A DNA stretch of 40,894 nt from Candidatus Zixiibacteriota bacterium (GTDB taxonomy: Bacteria > Zixibacteria > MSB-5A5 > CAIYYT01): the NCBI GenBank assembly GCA_040235515.1, contig JBECKX010000016.1, positions 1 through 40,894 of the forward strand, in the 5' to 3' direction. This document shows positions 16,914-26,357 of the stretch, one piece after another. Numbering within the stretch: position 1 is the first letter of the stretch; each line of letters begins with the position of its first letter. The notes under the pieces were generated by a model. The model had not been told where the DNA came from. It ran no database searches and saw only the letters and a list, made by a program, of their open reading frames with translations. The translations under genes and the position numbers were made by a program.

Positions 16914-19424
16914 CTAGAACTGCCCCGAAAGCATCGCCAGTGCAGTTTGGTCTCCCGGGTTACACTCAAGATAGCTGCGCGAGATATCGATAGCTTTTTG
17001 CCTCAGACCATTCTGTAGATAGAGGGTGAGAAGCGTGTGATAGGTCACAGGAACGACGGGGTTTAACTCAAAGGCGCGCTCCGCCATCTCGATAGCTTCG
17101 CCGGGTCGCTGCAGGTACTGGAGCGAGAGCGCTTTGTACTGGTAGTAGAAGATGTTGTCATCGTTGTTCTCCAGCAGCTTGTCCAGATAGGTCAGATAGT
17201 CGGTGACGAGGGAATCGGCCTGCGCGGGAGAGTAGCCCTCGAAGTTGGCTTTACGGGTGTAGCTCTGCCAGAACTCGGGATACTGTTCGATCAGCTTATT
17301 GGTGAGCGCCAGGGCACGGGTGGTATCCCCTTCTCTGGCGAGGTGATCGGCGAATTCGATACCCATCTGAACGCCGGCCACGATCAGTGTTGTAGCGACG
17401 CGCTCGCGGTAGCTTTCGGGGTTATCAAGGTTGCGCGCCTGGTAGACGTTCATGTAGAGGTCGTAGGTTACATCCTTGTAGTATTTCTGATCGGTGCGCT
17501 GCTGCGATAGCTCGACGAGCATTCCGCGATAGACTTTATGCCCGGTCAGGTCATAACGAATGCCGGGGGGGACACCATTAGCGAAGAGCAACGGGTACTC
17601 CCAGTTATTGGCCTCGATGATATTTTCCACCATCTGGTCGGCGACCGATACCAGGCGCCCGGTGCTCTGGTCCTGGAACGCCATCAACTGGTGGCGACGA
17701 CCTCCCATGAAGCGATCGGTGTAGGGTTCGAGCGGCCGTGGATTCGTGGGGCTGTCCCACTGCAACTGGGCATCGGAAAAGCTGATTGGCACACCGAGCT
17801 CATGCTTTAACTGCAGTTGATACCAGTCTGTTTGTATCAGGGAGAGGTTGGCGATTTTGACATCGTTGCGAACCTTGTAGACCTCCTGCAGGCACCAAAG
17901 GGGGAAGGTGTCGTTGTCGCCGTTGGTGAAGAGGATGGCATCCTGCGGACACGACATCAGGTAGTTGTAGGCGTAGTCATACGGAAGATAGTTATCGGAA
18001 CGATCGTTGCCGGCGAAGTTGGCAGAAAGCGCAATCGCGGGAAAAACCAGCGTCAGCAGTCCCAGCCCGATAGCGGTACCCTTGCTCAGACTCTGTTTGC
18101 CGAGTTCAAAGAGCCACTGAAAGAGGGCATAGAGACCCAGGCCGATACAGAGAGCGAAGGTGATAAATCCGGGCGTAAAGAAATAGTCTCGATCTCGAAC
18201 TTCCAGCTTGTCGAGCCCGGTGAGCGGATCCATCAGGGAGCCGTCGGAGAAATTCATGTAGAGGACGAGTGCTATCGTTCCGAGGAAGAGCACACCCAGG
18301 AAGTAGACGCCGATGATCAATCTATAGCGGATTAGTCGATAGAGTCCAAGCACGACCAGGAGTGCGGGAATCAGGAACCAGGCGCCGCCCATGCCATACT
18401 GGTCGAGCAGAAAGCCGCCGAATCCGATGCGGGGAAAATCACCGAGCTGGTGCACCCAGGTGGCGCGGCGGTGAAACATCTTGGAGAACATCGACTGCTG
18501 ACCATACTGTTTGCGCTCGATGTAGGATGCGAAGCGCTCCCAGTTATCGGGATTATTCTGGTTGATCGTGGGCTTCTCAGCGGCTCTGATCGGGACGTAG
18601 GCGTGCGGAGTATAGCCGACGATTGCGGCAGAGGCGATCAGCAGAGCGAGGAGCCATTCGCGTCGTCGCTGTGTCAGATAGAAGAAGAGCGAGACGGCAA
18701 ACCAGATTCCCACGATGGTGAAGAAGAGGCCGACACCAACTGTAATACTGAAGAGCGCAACGCCGGAGAGCCAGAAGCGCGGATCTTTGCGAAGCTTTTC
18801 ATCGGCGAGGATGGCAAATCCGAAGATTGCCGGGATCACCAGGAATGAGGTCATGTGAACGGCAACCGACAGCACGCCGAGATATGAGATTATCATGAAG
18901 TAGCGCGGAGCGGTGTTTTGTTCGCGGGTCTCGTACCAGCGCAGCGAGAGCCAGATCAGGGCGAAGTAGAATACCATTGCCAGCGCGTAAACTTCGGCCT
19001 CCACCGAATTGGACCAGTTGGTTCTGCTGAACGCGAAAAGGAGGGCTCCGGAGAAGGCACAGAAGTAGCCGAGCCAGCGACGGGCCGGGCTCTCGGCGTG
19101 GCCGGGAAAAAATGAAATCAGCTTGTAAAGGACGAAGTACCCCAGAGTAGCTGCGCCCGCGCTGCTGAGGACCGACAGCAGGTTTATGCGATGGGAGATG
19201 TCCGAGACCAGCGGAATCAGCGAAAAAATCCGCCCGATCAGCAGGAATAATGGATTGCCGGGAGGATGAGCCACCCCCAGGGTGTAGGAGCAGGCGATGT
19301 ACTCGCCGCAATCCCAGAGCGAGAGGGTTTGCTGGACTGTCATCAAGTAAACGATTACGGAGACGAGGTAGGTTGCTATCGCGAAGCCGTAATAAGCGTA
19401 ACCATCTGTCTTAATTTGAAACAT
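16914..19424 (-). CDS. DUF2723 (TMEM260-like, GT-C fold) membrane glycosyltransferase with C-terminal TPR
   Basis: WDCGEYIA...LGVAHPPGNP, WSNSVEAEVY, YIERKQYG, RDRDYFF and LFTNGDNDTFPLW.LQEV; helical TPR-like tail. Confidence 0.88.
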   Translation of the reverse strand: MFQIKTDGYAYYGFAIATYLVSVIVYLMTVQQTLSLWDCGEYIACSYTLGVAHPPGNPLFLLIGRIFSLIPLVSDISHRINLLSVLSSAGAATLGYFVLYKLISFFPGHAESPARRWLGYFCAFSGALLFAFSRTNWSNSVEAEVYALAMVFYFALIWLSLRWYETREQNTAPRYFMIISYLGVLSVAVHMTSFLVIPAIFGFAILADEKLRKDPRFWLSGVALFSITVGVGLFFTIVGIWFAVSLFFYLTQRRREWLLALLIASAAIVGYTPHAYVPIRAAEKPTINQNNPDNWERFASYIERKQYGQQSMFSKMFHRRATWVHQLGDFPRIGFGGFLLDQYGMGGAWFLIPALLVVLGLYRLIRYRLIIGVYFLGVLFLGTIALVLYMNFSDGSLMDPLTGLDKLEVRDRDYFFTPGFITFALCIGLGLYALFQWLFELGKQSLSKGTAIGLGLLTLVFPAIALSANFAGNDRSDNYLPYDYAYNYLMSCPQDAILFTNGDNDTFPLWCLQEVYKVRNDVKIANLSLIQTDWYQLQLKHELGVPISFSDAQLQWDSPTNPRPLEPYTDRFMGGRRHQLMAFQDQSTGRLVSVADQMVENIIEANNWEYPLLFANGVPPGIRYDLTGHKVYRGMLVELSQQRTDQKYYKDVTYDLYMNVYQARNLDNPESYRERVATTLIVAGVQMGIEFADHLAREGDTTRALALTNKLIEQYPEFWQSYTRKANFEGYSPAQADSLVTDYLTYLDKLLENNDDNIFYYQYKALSLQYLQRPGEAIEMAERAFELNPVVPVTYHTLLTLYLQNGLRQKAIDISRSYLECNPGDQTALAMLSGQF

Positions 19425-19529
19425 GTTCCCGTCCGACCAGAGCTGCCAGGGTACCGAGATCTGTTACCACCATCCGTGGGACCGATTGACCTGAGTACCG
19501 AGCAAAAAACTTCAATAGTTATTGGACAC

Positions 19530-19556
19530 TAAGTATCCCTGATTTTCAGCCGATCA
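19530..19556 (+). promoter_or_regulatory. Sigma28 (FliA/WhiG)-like promoter TAAG-N15-GCCGATCA
   Basis: Matches TAAA-N15-GCCGATAA with two mismatches and correct spacing, upstream of the 80-aa ORF. Confidence 0.45.
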
Positions 19557-19603
19557 ATATACAGAATTCGAGAAGCTAAACAATTCATTTACGAGAGGCT
19601 ACA

Positions 19604-19846
19604 ATGCTTACGTGGTGTGCGATCCTGTTTATGCTCGGAGTAGTGGCATTTCTCGATACGATCTTCAACTACGGAAACATCTTCCGCCAGATCAATGCCG
19701 TGATGTTCATGTTGCTTTCTCTTGGTTTGCTCGTACGCACGACGACCAAGATGAAGAATCGCCGCATCGAGAACTATCTGGCTCGTATCGACGAACTGGA
19801 AAAAGAGCTCTACGCCGAGAAGAAGAAGCCGCGAGTCGGCGCATAG
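19604..19846 (+). CDS. Small membrane protein (2 TM + coiled-coil/basic tail), hypothetical
   Basis: GAGAGG RBS; two hydrophobic helices; fills the gap between divergent and convergent neighbours. Confidence 0.75.
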   Translation: MLTWCAILFMLGVVAFLDTIFNYGNIFRQINAVMFMLLSLGLLVRTTTKMKNRRIENYLARIDELEKELYAEKKKPRVGA

Positions 19847-19855
19847 TCTTGCTGT

Positions 19856-19889
19856 CTGACGCTCTCACGGCAGGGGGAGTGAGCGTCAG
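19856..19889. terminator. Hairpin at a convergent gene junction
   Basis: ctgacgctc...gagcgtcag 9-bp stem overlapping the TPR gene stop. Confidence 0.45.
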
Positions 19890-21766
19890 GATTTAGAGTC
19901 TTCGGGGCTGGTGCAAAGGAATCGCTCCACGCGGTTCAGTTTGCGCCTGACGCTGTCGGCGTTCAGGCTCTTCGGGTGTTCGAGCAACACTTTCTCGTAG
20001 ACTTCCCTCGCCCTGGCACAATCCCTGATCTGATTCGAGTAAATATCGCCTTCCAATTCGAGTGCAATGGGAGTGTAAAAGCTCTCCGGGTTGGAGGTAA
20101 CGAGTGCATCATACTCGGCGAGGGCTGCCTCGTATTGTTCACGCTGTTGCTGCAGTTGTCCTGCTTCGAGGTGAGCCAATTCCCTTAACATATCGGTACC
20201 GGTCGTCTTGAGACCCGCAAGCTTCTGCAGGGCTATCTCATAATCGAATTGCTTTTCGGCCAGCAGCGCGGCGGAGTATACCTGCAGGGTAGCCTGGTCC
20301 ATTCCCTCGTGCTCAGTGATCAACATCAAGCGACGCAGGGCATCGTTGACATAGACACTCTTGGGAAAAGCATTCATCATGGCTGAATAACCTTGTTTGG
20401 CGGCTTCGAAATTTCCGAGCAGGAACTGGAGTTCAGCCTTCTTGAATGCCAGTTCTTCCTGAGTTTCAACCGGGAGGCGTTTGAGATCGATGGCGCCATA
20501 AATCGAATCTGCTGTCTCGGGCTGCTTCATCGCAAGTCTGCAGTCAGCCATCACGACAAGGCCCTGATTGGCGACCGGCATATTGCTGAAACGCTTGTAG
20601 AGGTCAGTAAGGGTGACGATAGCGCTATCCGGTTGATGCAATCCTTCGAACTGCGTGTACGCTAAGGCATACAGTCCGGCGGCGACGGCGCGGCTATCGG
20701 GGGATGTCGCGATGATTCGTCCGTAGATGTCAGCGGCTTGCTGGTAACGGTGTTCCTGGTAGTGAGACTCCGCGAGAATAATCTGCGACTGTGTGACATA
20801 GGGCGACTGTGGAAGTGATTCTATTCGTGTACAGGCACGTTCGACCAGGTCGTGAGCACCGTGGTCGCGCGCCATTTCGGCGAAATGCAGGAGGTCTTTG
20901 CCGTCGCGTGAGCCGAGCGAGTCAACCGTGAGGAAGCGCTGGTAGGCTTGCTCGAGACTGCCCTGTTCGACCAGATAGGTGCCGTAGAGACGCTGTGCGA
21001 GCACATCGGCGGGGTGACCGGCGACAATCTTGCTGAGGGCGCCACCGAGTCCGGTATCGAACTCCTCGTCGGCGTCAAGTTCAATCAGGTGATTGATACG
21101 GCCCTCTGCGTAGCGCTCCTGTGTGGAGTCCAGGAGGACCATGCTGAAGTATTCCGTAGCTGCGTCACCGTAATTGCGCATGATTTCGTAGAGCTGAGCG
21201 AGTTTGCGATTGAAGAGATAGCCGTTCTTTCTCGTCTCGCGGGTGGAAGTCAGAAACTTGACCGCGTCGGAATAGTAGCCGCCGCTCATGTAGGTATTGG
21301 CGATCTTTTCGAAGATATCAAGGTTGTCGGATTGAAGCTGCAACGCCTTCGCCAGCAACTGGTCCGCAGCTTCCTTGTCGCCCTGGCGCAGTTTGATTCC
21401 GGCGATTTCGAGATAAAGGTCCTGGCGTTGCTGCACGCCGGGGGCGGTTGCGATCTGACGTTCGAGAAGTGCGACGGCGGAATCGGCCATCTTGGCGCAG
21501 ACATAGGCGTTCTTGAGACTATTGACGACGCGCGCGTAGTTCGGATACTGTTCATAGAGCGGGCGGAGCAGCTTAACGGCGTCCTCGCACTTGCCGGAGT
21601 AAGTCAGCGACTCGGCTGTGGAGAGTCGCCCCAGTTCCAGTTGCGTTTGCGCTGAACTGCCAGCGACCAGGAGCACGACAAGAGACAGCGCCGCCACCAG
21701 GGACGGCACTATCCTCACTCTTGTCGTGGAATTTTGTGTATTGAGGTATGAGAAACGGATTGTCAT
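19886..21766 (-). CDS. Secreted tetratricopeptide repeat protein
   Basis: Signal-like N-terminus; many TPR units (A...Y...YP/FP patterns); ATGA overlap with the upstream gene. Confidence 0.85.
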   Translation of the reverse strand: MTIRFSYLNTQNSTTRVRIVPSLVAALSLVVLLVAGSSAQTQLELGRLSTAESLTYSGKCEDAVKLLRPLYEQYPNYARVVNSLKNAYVCAKMADSAVALLERQIATAPGVQQRQDLYLEIAGIKLRQGDKEAADQLLAKALQLQSDNLDIFEKIANTYMSGGYYSDAVKFLTSTRETRKNGYLFNRKLAQLYEIMRNYGDAATEYFSMVLLDSTQERYAEGRINHLIELDADEEFDTGLGGALSKIVAGHPADVLAQRLYGTYLVEQGSLEQAYQRFLTVDSLGSRDGKDLLHFAEMARDHGAHDLVERACTRIESLPQSPYVTQSQIILAESHYQEHRYQQAADIYGRIIATSPDSRAVAAGLYALAYTQFEGLHQPDSAIVTLTDLYKRFSNMPVANQGLVVMADCRLAMKQPETADSIYGAIDLKRLPVETQEELAFKKAELQFLLGNFEAAKQGYSAMMNAFPKSVYVNDALRRLMLITEHEGMDQATLQVYSAALLAEKQFDYEIALQKLAGLKTTGTDMLRELAHLEAGQLQQQREQYEAALAEYDALVTSNPESFYTPIALELEGDIYSNQIRDCARAREVYEKVLLEHPKSLNADSVRRKLNRVERFLCTSPEDSKS

Positions 21767-24700
21767 TTCGATTGGCCGCTACCCGACTGCGAGGTGGCAT
21801 TAGCGGCTCCGTTGCCATTATTGACGGAGCGGAAGTATTCCTTGATCAGTTCCTCATATTCAGCCGGATAACCTTCATTCATATATTTTTGAAGTCGATC
21901 CTGGTAGCTTTGACGCGTACCGGTCTCGAACTGCAATGGCGGTGGTGAATTGCGGAAGATATCCTCCGCGGTTTGCGCACGACGCTCTTCTGAGTAGTCC
22001 TGTCGTTCGAGCGAACGCTGGAAATCGAGCATACGCGAGTTGATCTTGTACTGGCGTTCGTAGGTATGTTCGCCGACGTTGCCTGACTCGAAGTCCTCGA
22101 TCACTTTTTCCATTTCCTTGCCGATCGCATCGAGGCGACCGAGGATCTCGCTGCGATTACCCTGTTCGCGTTCGAGCTGAGCCATGCTCTTGCGGATGGC
22201 ATCCTGTTCGGCGGCGAGTCGACCGAGGTCACCCTGTTTCGGACTCCCCTGCCCCGGATTGTTGCACATCGATTGAGTCTTATTGTTGAGCTGTTGCTGC
22301 TGCTTCTGCATCTTGTTCATCTGCTGGAAGAGGTTCTGGTTCTCGCAACTGCCCTTATTGCACATTTTCTGCGACTGCATCGACTGCATCAACTGATTGG
22401 CTGCCTGATTAAGGCTATACATGGCATCCTTCTGCGAGCGCTGCGCCTGCAGGCTGTTGCGGCGCATGAGTGCTTCGGTGGACTGATCCATAAAGCCTCG
22501 GGCTTCCTTCATCAACTCATTCACCTGCTCGCGGAAGAACGGTGATTCCTTACCGATCTCTTCGAGGCGTTCCTGGAGGGCGTCCATGGTTTTCTGTATC
22601 GCCTGCTGAGACGCTGCCACCTGCTGAAGCTGCGGGGAGTTGGGTTGGGTCTTCTCCGATTCCGAGTAGACGTCTTCCTGCTTCTCCGAGACATAGAGCA
22701 CTTCGTTTGCGGCTTCGCGCATCTTCTCGGCGGAGAGCTGATTCATGTTGCCGCTGAAGTTGTTCTTCGTCTGCTCCATCATCTCCTGCATCTTCTTGAG
22801 ATCTTCAAGAGCCTGCTCGCCCGATTTACCTGCTTGCTGCTTCTGCTGCTGCTGGAGTTGCTGGGCCATCTGCTGCATTTTCTGACCCGCCTGCGACTTC
22901 TTCGCGGTATCCATGAAGTCATTGGCGTCTTTGTTTTTCTCCATGCCGATCTCGGCCAGCAGGTCCTTCAACTCCTCAGCTTCCTTCTGGAGCTTCTCGA
23001 AGGCTTCCTGGTTGCGCTGTTCCTGCGGGGCGACATCGGGGAGTTGTTCCTCCGAAGCGGCTTCGGTCTGCTTATTGACTGCATCCTGCTTCTCGATCAG
23101 GTCGGCCAGCTGGCGCATGATCGATTCCATTTTCTGTTGCGCCCGCATCAGTTTCAGGAGTGCTTCGGTTCGTTCAAGTTTCTTCAGCAAGTCTTCCTGC
23201 GACATTTGCATCTGCTCAGCGGCTTTCTGCATCTCCTCAGGAGACATATTCTTCATCGCCTCCTGCAGTTTCTTCATCGCTTCCTTCATTTCATCGGTGG
23301 CGACTTCATCGAACAGTTTCTTGATCTCCTGCAGTTTCTGCAGGATTTCGAGAGAGGTCATATCGTTCTTGCGCAGTTGCTCCTGCATATTGCTCATGCG
23401 CTCGGAGATTTTTTCCATCTGGTCGAAGAGCTGTTGCTGGGTCTCCATCGCCTTCTGCATTTCCTGGGTCTTTTCCCAATCCATCTCGGAGTGGGTCAGC
23501 ATTTGCTCCTGCAACTTCTGGGTCTTTTCGAGTAACTCCTCCTGTGTGCGGCGCAGTTGTTCGACGTCGGAGATCTGCGCATCGCCCTCTTCTTCCAGGT
23601 AGGCGAACTGCTCGTCGAGCGACGGGAAGCGCGCCTGGAGAATCTGCGAAAGTCCGCGCTTGGGTCCGGAGATATCGTCGTTGTCGAAGACTTCAAAGAA
23701 ATACTCTACCATGCCGCCCGGCTCCAGACCGATGTCGGAGAGATCCCAGGCATAGCGAACCTCGATGCTGCGGCCGGCGCCCTTGTCGAACTGCACAGGC
23801 TGTTTGCGCTCGAATTTTTCACCGTAGGGTGAGTAGACGCGATAGATCAGGTTGAGATCGGAGAAACCGAAGTCATCGAATAGTTTCACCGCCATATTGA
23901 TGCGCATCTCGTCGCCCAGTTCCACCGGTACGCCGGGGTAGTAGAGGTCAGCCTCGGGATAGAGGTCGGCGATGGCGCCGATGGTGTATTCGATCGGGCT
24001 CGGATTCTTGTTGCCGATCTTGTCCTCGACTTCGATGAAGTAGGTGCCATCCTCGGTGACTTTGATCTCGCCGAGCAGGCGGTGCTGGCGAATTTCGAGC
24101 TGGGCCGATTCCTGATTGCCGAAGACCAACCTGGCGTTTTCGACCGGCTTGTTGACCGCGGCTTCGATGCTGACACGAGTGCCTTTGATCGCGGCGATGT
24201 TACCGTCGTTCTCGTCCACCACCAGTGGCTGCAGTCCAGTGTACTTCGGATAATTGTAGGTCAGCTTCAAGCCGATGATGCGCGGTTTGTCGACGGCTTC
24301 GACCGCATAAGTTTCAGACTGAAGTTCACCGGCTGATACCCAGTATTCGAATGAGCGCCGCACTTCGCGGAAATCATACTTGAGGCTGACTGAATCGACG
24401 GAGCCGGATTCCCCTGCTGTTCCCGCCGACTTGTACTTACCCTGACGTTTCAACTCCTCGGAGAGCACCGGGCCATCCTGATAGCGCCAGTGGAGGATGG
24501 CGTCCTCGGGCAGATCCTTGCCCAATAATGTAGCTTCGATGGTCAGCGGTTCATATTTGGCAATCTCGGTATCCTTAGGCTGGACATCGAGAGCGTAGGT
24601 CAATTTGCGTTCGATCTCAACCGAGGGGTGGCTGAAGAGATAGAATGATTCGTTGAAGGCTCCGGGAAAGATGAATGCCATCAGGATAACGAGCACGCCC

Positions 24701-25185
24701 GCGACGCCGAGGAAGCGGAGGGCTCTGAAGAGAGGGCTGTGATTGACCGACTTTTTGAAATCGTAACCTTCGCACATTTCGCCGGATTGCCGCATCAGCG
24801 CCTGGATCATATCGGTGGAGTAACCTTCGCTGTTCTGCAGCAGGTTGCGTTCGAGCTGAAGTGAGGCGATCAGCCGATCCTGAAGGTCGGGATAGGTGGA
24901 TTCAACTTTGATCGCGAGGGCATCGGGGGATGGTTGCTTGAAGAAGCGATAGATTATGTAATAGCCGACGAGACCGACGAGAATCAACGCTGAGACCGCC
25001 AGGTAGATCGTGCGGGCGGTTGAGTTGAGATAGAGCATGCTGTTGAGCAGAAACGCCATCAAGAAAAGCGCGAGAGCGGCTGCGGCTACGATAGAAAGGC
25101 CGCGCCCGACTTCGCTCAGAAGCATAAACCGCTTAAGGCTGCGGAGTCGCGCCGTAATTGATTTCAACATTAGATCAGTATTCAT
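21763..25185 (-). CDS. DUF4175-like membrane-anchored long coiled-coil protein
   Basis: N-terminal TMs, P.LQDRL..SLQL, YPKYTG, DDFGF, VFDNDDISGPK; Q/E/M-rich coiled coils; C-terminal YP.EY..LIKEYF. Confidence 0.75.
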   Translation of the reverse strand: MNTDLMLKSITARLRSLKRFMLLSEVGRGLSIVAAAALALFLMAFLLNSMLYLNSTARTIYLAVSALILVGLVGYYIIYRFFKQPSPDALAIKVESTYPDLQDRLIASLQLERNLLQNSEGYSTDMIQALMRQSGEMCEGYDFKKSVNHSPLFRALRFLGVAGVLVILMAFIFPGAFNESFYLFSHPSVEIERKLTYALDVQPKDTEIAKYEPLTIEATLLGKDLPEDAILHWRYQDGPVLSEELKRQGKYKSAGTAGESGSVDSVSLKYDFREVRRSFEYWVSAGELQSETYAVEAVDKPRIIGLKLTYNYPKYTGLQPLVVDENDGNIAAIKGTRVSIEAAVNKPVENARLVFGNQESAQLEIRQHRLLGEIKVTEDGTYFIEVEDKIGNKNPSPIEYTIGAIADLYPEADLYYPGVPVELGDEMRINMAVKLFDDFGFSDLNLIYRVYSPYGEKFERKQPVQFDKGAGRSIEVRYAWDLSDIGLEPGGMVEYFFEVFDNDDISGPKRGLSQILQARFPSLDEQFAYLEEEGDAQISDVEQLRRTQEELLEKTQKLQEQMLTHSEMDWEKTQEMQKAMETQQQLFDQMEKISERMSNMQEQLRKNDMTSLEILQKLQEIKKLFDEVATDEMKEAMKKLQEAMKNMSPEEMQKAAEQMQMSQEDLLKKLERTEALLKLMRAQQKMESIMRQLADLIEKQDAVNKQTEAASEEQLPDVAPQEQRNQEAFEKLQKEAEELKDLLAEIGMEKNKDANDFMDTAKKSQAGQKMQQMAQQLQQQQKQQAGKSGEQALEDLKKMQEMMEQTKNNFSGNMNQLSAEKMREAANEVLYVSEKQEDVYSESEKTQPNSPQLQQVAASQQAIQKTMDALQERLEEIGKESPFFREQVNELMKEARGFMDQSTEALMRRNSLQAQRSQKDAMYSLNQAANQLMQSMQSQKMCNKGSCENQNLFQQMNKMQKQQQQLNNKTQSMCNNPGQGSPKQGDLGRLAAEQDAIRKSMAQLEREQGNRSEILGRLDAIGKEMEKVIEDFESGNVGEHTYERQYKINSRMLDFQRSLERQDYSEERRAQTAEDIFRNSPPPLQFETGTRQSYQDRLQKYMNEGYPAEYEELIKEYFRSVNNGNGAANATSQSGSGQSK

Positions 25186-25200
25186 GTCAGGCCTTTACCT

Positions 25201-25260
25201 TTCGATATCTGCTTCACGATGCCAGTTCGATATGCGGGTTCGATATCCTGGTTCGATATG
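25201..25260. repeat. Four copies of TTCGATAT (three at 13-bp period)
   Basis: TTCGATAT at 25201, 25226, 25239 and 25252, just upstream of the DUF4175 start. Confidence 0.8.
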
Positions 25261-25415
25261 TATTAAGGTCCAACGAAGTCGCTGTCATGTTTTCGCTGTC
25301 GCGTTATAGTCAGGTTCAGTTTGTCAAGTTCGTGTTCCGGCGGACCCGGTCGGTTGCGTCACTGCATGCGGACCAATCTGAATTGGACCACTTACGGATT
25401 TGGATTATTCGAGTC

Positions 25416-26114
25416 CTAATTAAGTAATGCCCAAACGAGCACGTTTGTTCCCATCTTCAGCGCCGCCTGGCGTTTTGCCTCCGGGTCGTTGTGGACGCGG
25501 GGATCCTCCCACCCGTCACCGATATCTGACTCGTAAACAAAAACTACCGCGAGTCTGTCCCCGACGAACCAGCCGAAGAGCTGCGGGGGTTTCTTGTCGT
25601 GCTCGTGGATCTTCGGCAGACCTTTCGGAAACTGGTAGTAGCAATTGAAGATCCCGTGCGAGAACGGCAACTCTCGCGGCTCCTGCTCCGGGAATAGCTT
25701 CTTCATCTCCCGCATAAAGGCGCTGCGCATGCCGTAAGAATCATTCGCCAGCAGAAAGCCGCCGGCTTCAAGGTACGAGCGCAGCCGGTCAAGATCTTCG
25801 GCGCGAAAGTTGACGTTGCCATGCCCCGTCATGAAGAGAAACGGATAACTGAAGAGCCGATTGTCGCTCAGTTCGATCCGGACCTCTTCGGGGTTGACCG
25901 GGATCGAAGTATTCTCCGCCACGAAGCCGGCCAGGTTGGGGATCGCCGAGGAACCCCAGTACCAATCGCCTCCACCCGGATATTTCAACCGAGCGATCGA
26001 GACGTTGTCGATCTTAACACTACTCTGAATATCGGATGACGACTCAGCCGCAACCAGTAACTCAGGCAGCAAAAAGAGCGAGACGATTATGGAGAGGATT
26101 AGTAAATTCTTCAT
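25416..26114 (-). CDS. DUF4159 domain protein, secreted
   Basis: IARLKY.GGGDWY, YPFLFMTGHG, YL..GGFL, GLPKIHEHD, D.GDGWED...H.DP and AL.MG.N. Confidence 0.88.
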   Translation of the reverse strand: MKNLLILSIIVSLFLLPELLVAAESSSDIQSSVKIDNVSIARLKYPGGGDWYWGSSAIPNLAGFVAENTSIPVNPEEVRIELSDNRLFSYPFLFMTGHGNVNFRAEDLDRLRSYLEAGGFLLANDSYGMRSAFMREMKKLFPEQEPRELPFSHGIFNCYYQFPKGLPKIHEHDKKPPQLFGWFVGDRLAVVFVYESDIGDGWEDPRVHNDPEAKRQAALKMGTNVLVWALLN

Positions 26115-26180
26115 GATTCAATGCTTATACGACCGGGCGGTGGTATTGGTTCGTTAGATATCGGCCGTAACCGACTTATT

Positions 26181-26193
26181 TATCAAGAAATTA
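26181..26193 (+). promoter_or_regulatory. IHF-consensus site (WATCAANNNNTTR) in the divergent promoter region
   Basis: TATCAAGAAATTA, embedded in a CGTAA...TTACG imperfect palindrome (26166-26195). Confidence 0.35.
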
Positions 26194-26267
26194 CGTCATT
26201 TCCACCGGATGTCAAGCTGATCGCGAGGGAGCGTCGCGACGAGGGCTCACCCGGGACCATTTTGGTG

Positions 26268-26295
26268 TTGACTTGAGGGGGCACGGGGGTATCTT
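26268..26295 (+). promoter_or_regulatory. Sigma70 promoter of the metal-resistance operon (TTGACT-16-TATCTT)
   Basis: Hexamers at 26268-26273 and 26290-26295, immediately followed by the operator. Confidence 0.6.
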
Positions 26296-26301
26296 CAGGA
26301 C

Positions 26302-26329
26302 AAACACATGAATAACTGTTCAGATGTTT
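26302..26329. promoter_or_regulatory. SmtB/ZiaR/CadC-type operator (imperfect inverted repeat)
   Basis: AAACACATGAATAACTGTTCAGATGTTT has the TGAA-N6-TTCA core of ArsR/SmtB boxes and lies over the predicted +1. Confidence 0.85.
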
Positions 26330-26357
26330 ATGACAAAAGTGAAAGTGATTTGGGTGA

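Noticed and set aside
22273..23855. Long plus-strand ORFs (296 aa and 229 aa) opposite the DUF4175 gene
   Set aside because: Antisense shadows of the Q/E/K/M-rich coiled-coil codons, giving L/F/S/C-rich sequence with no motif or RBS.
25201..25260. CRISPR or iteron interpretation of the short repeats here and at 8479-8526
   Set aside because: Units are 8-13 bp with no 25-45-bp spacers, and there are no cas or rep genes.
26158..26182. Third sigma28-like promoter on the minus strand (TAAA-N13-GCCGATAT)
   Set aside because: The spacer is 13 bp rather than 15 bp, too weak to call.
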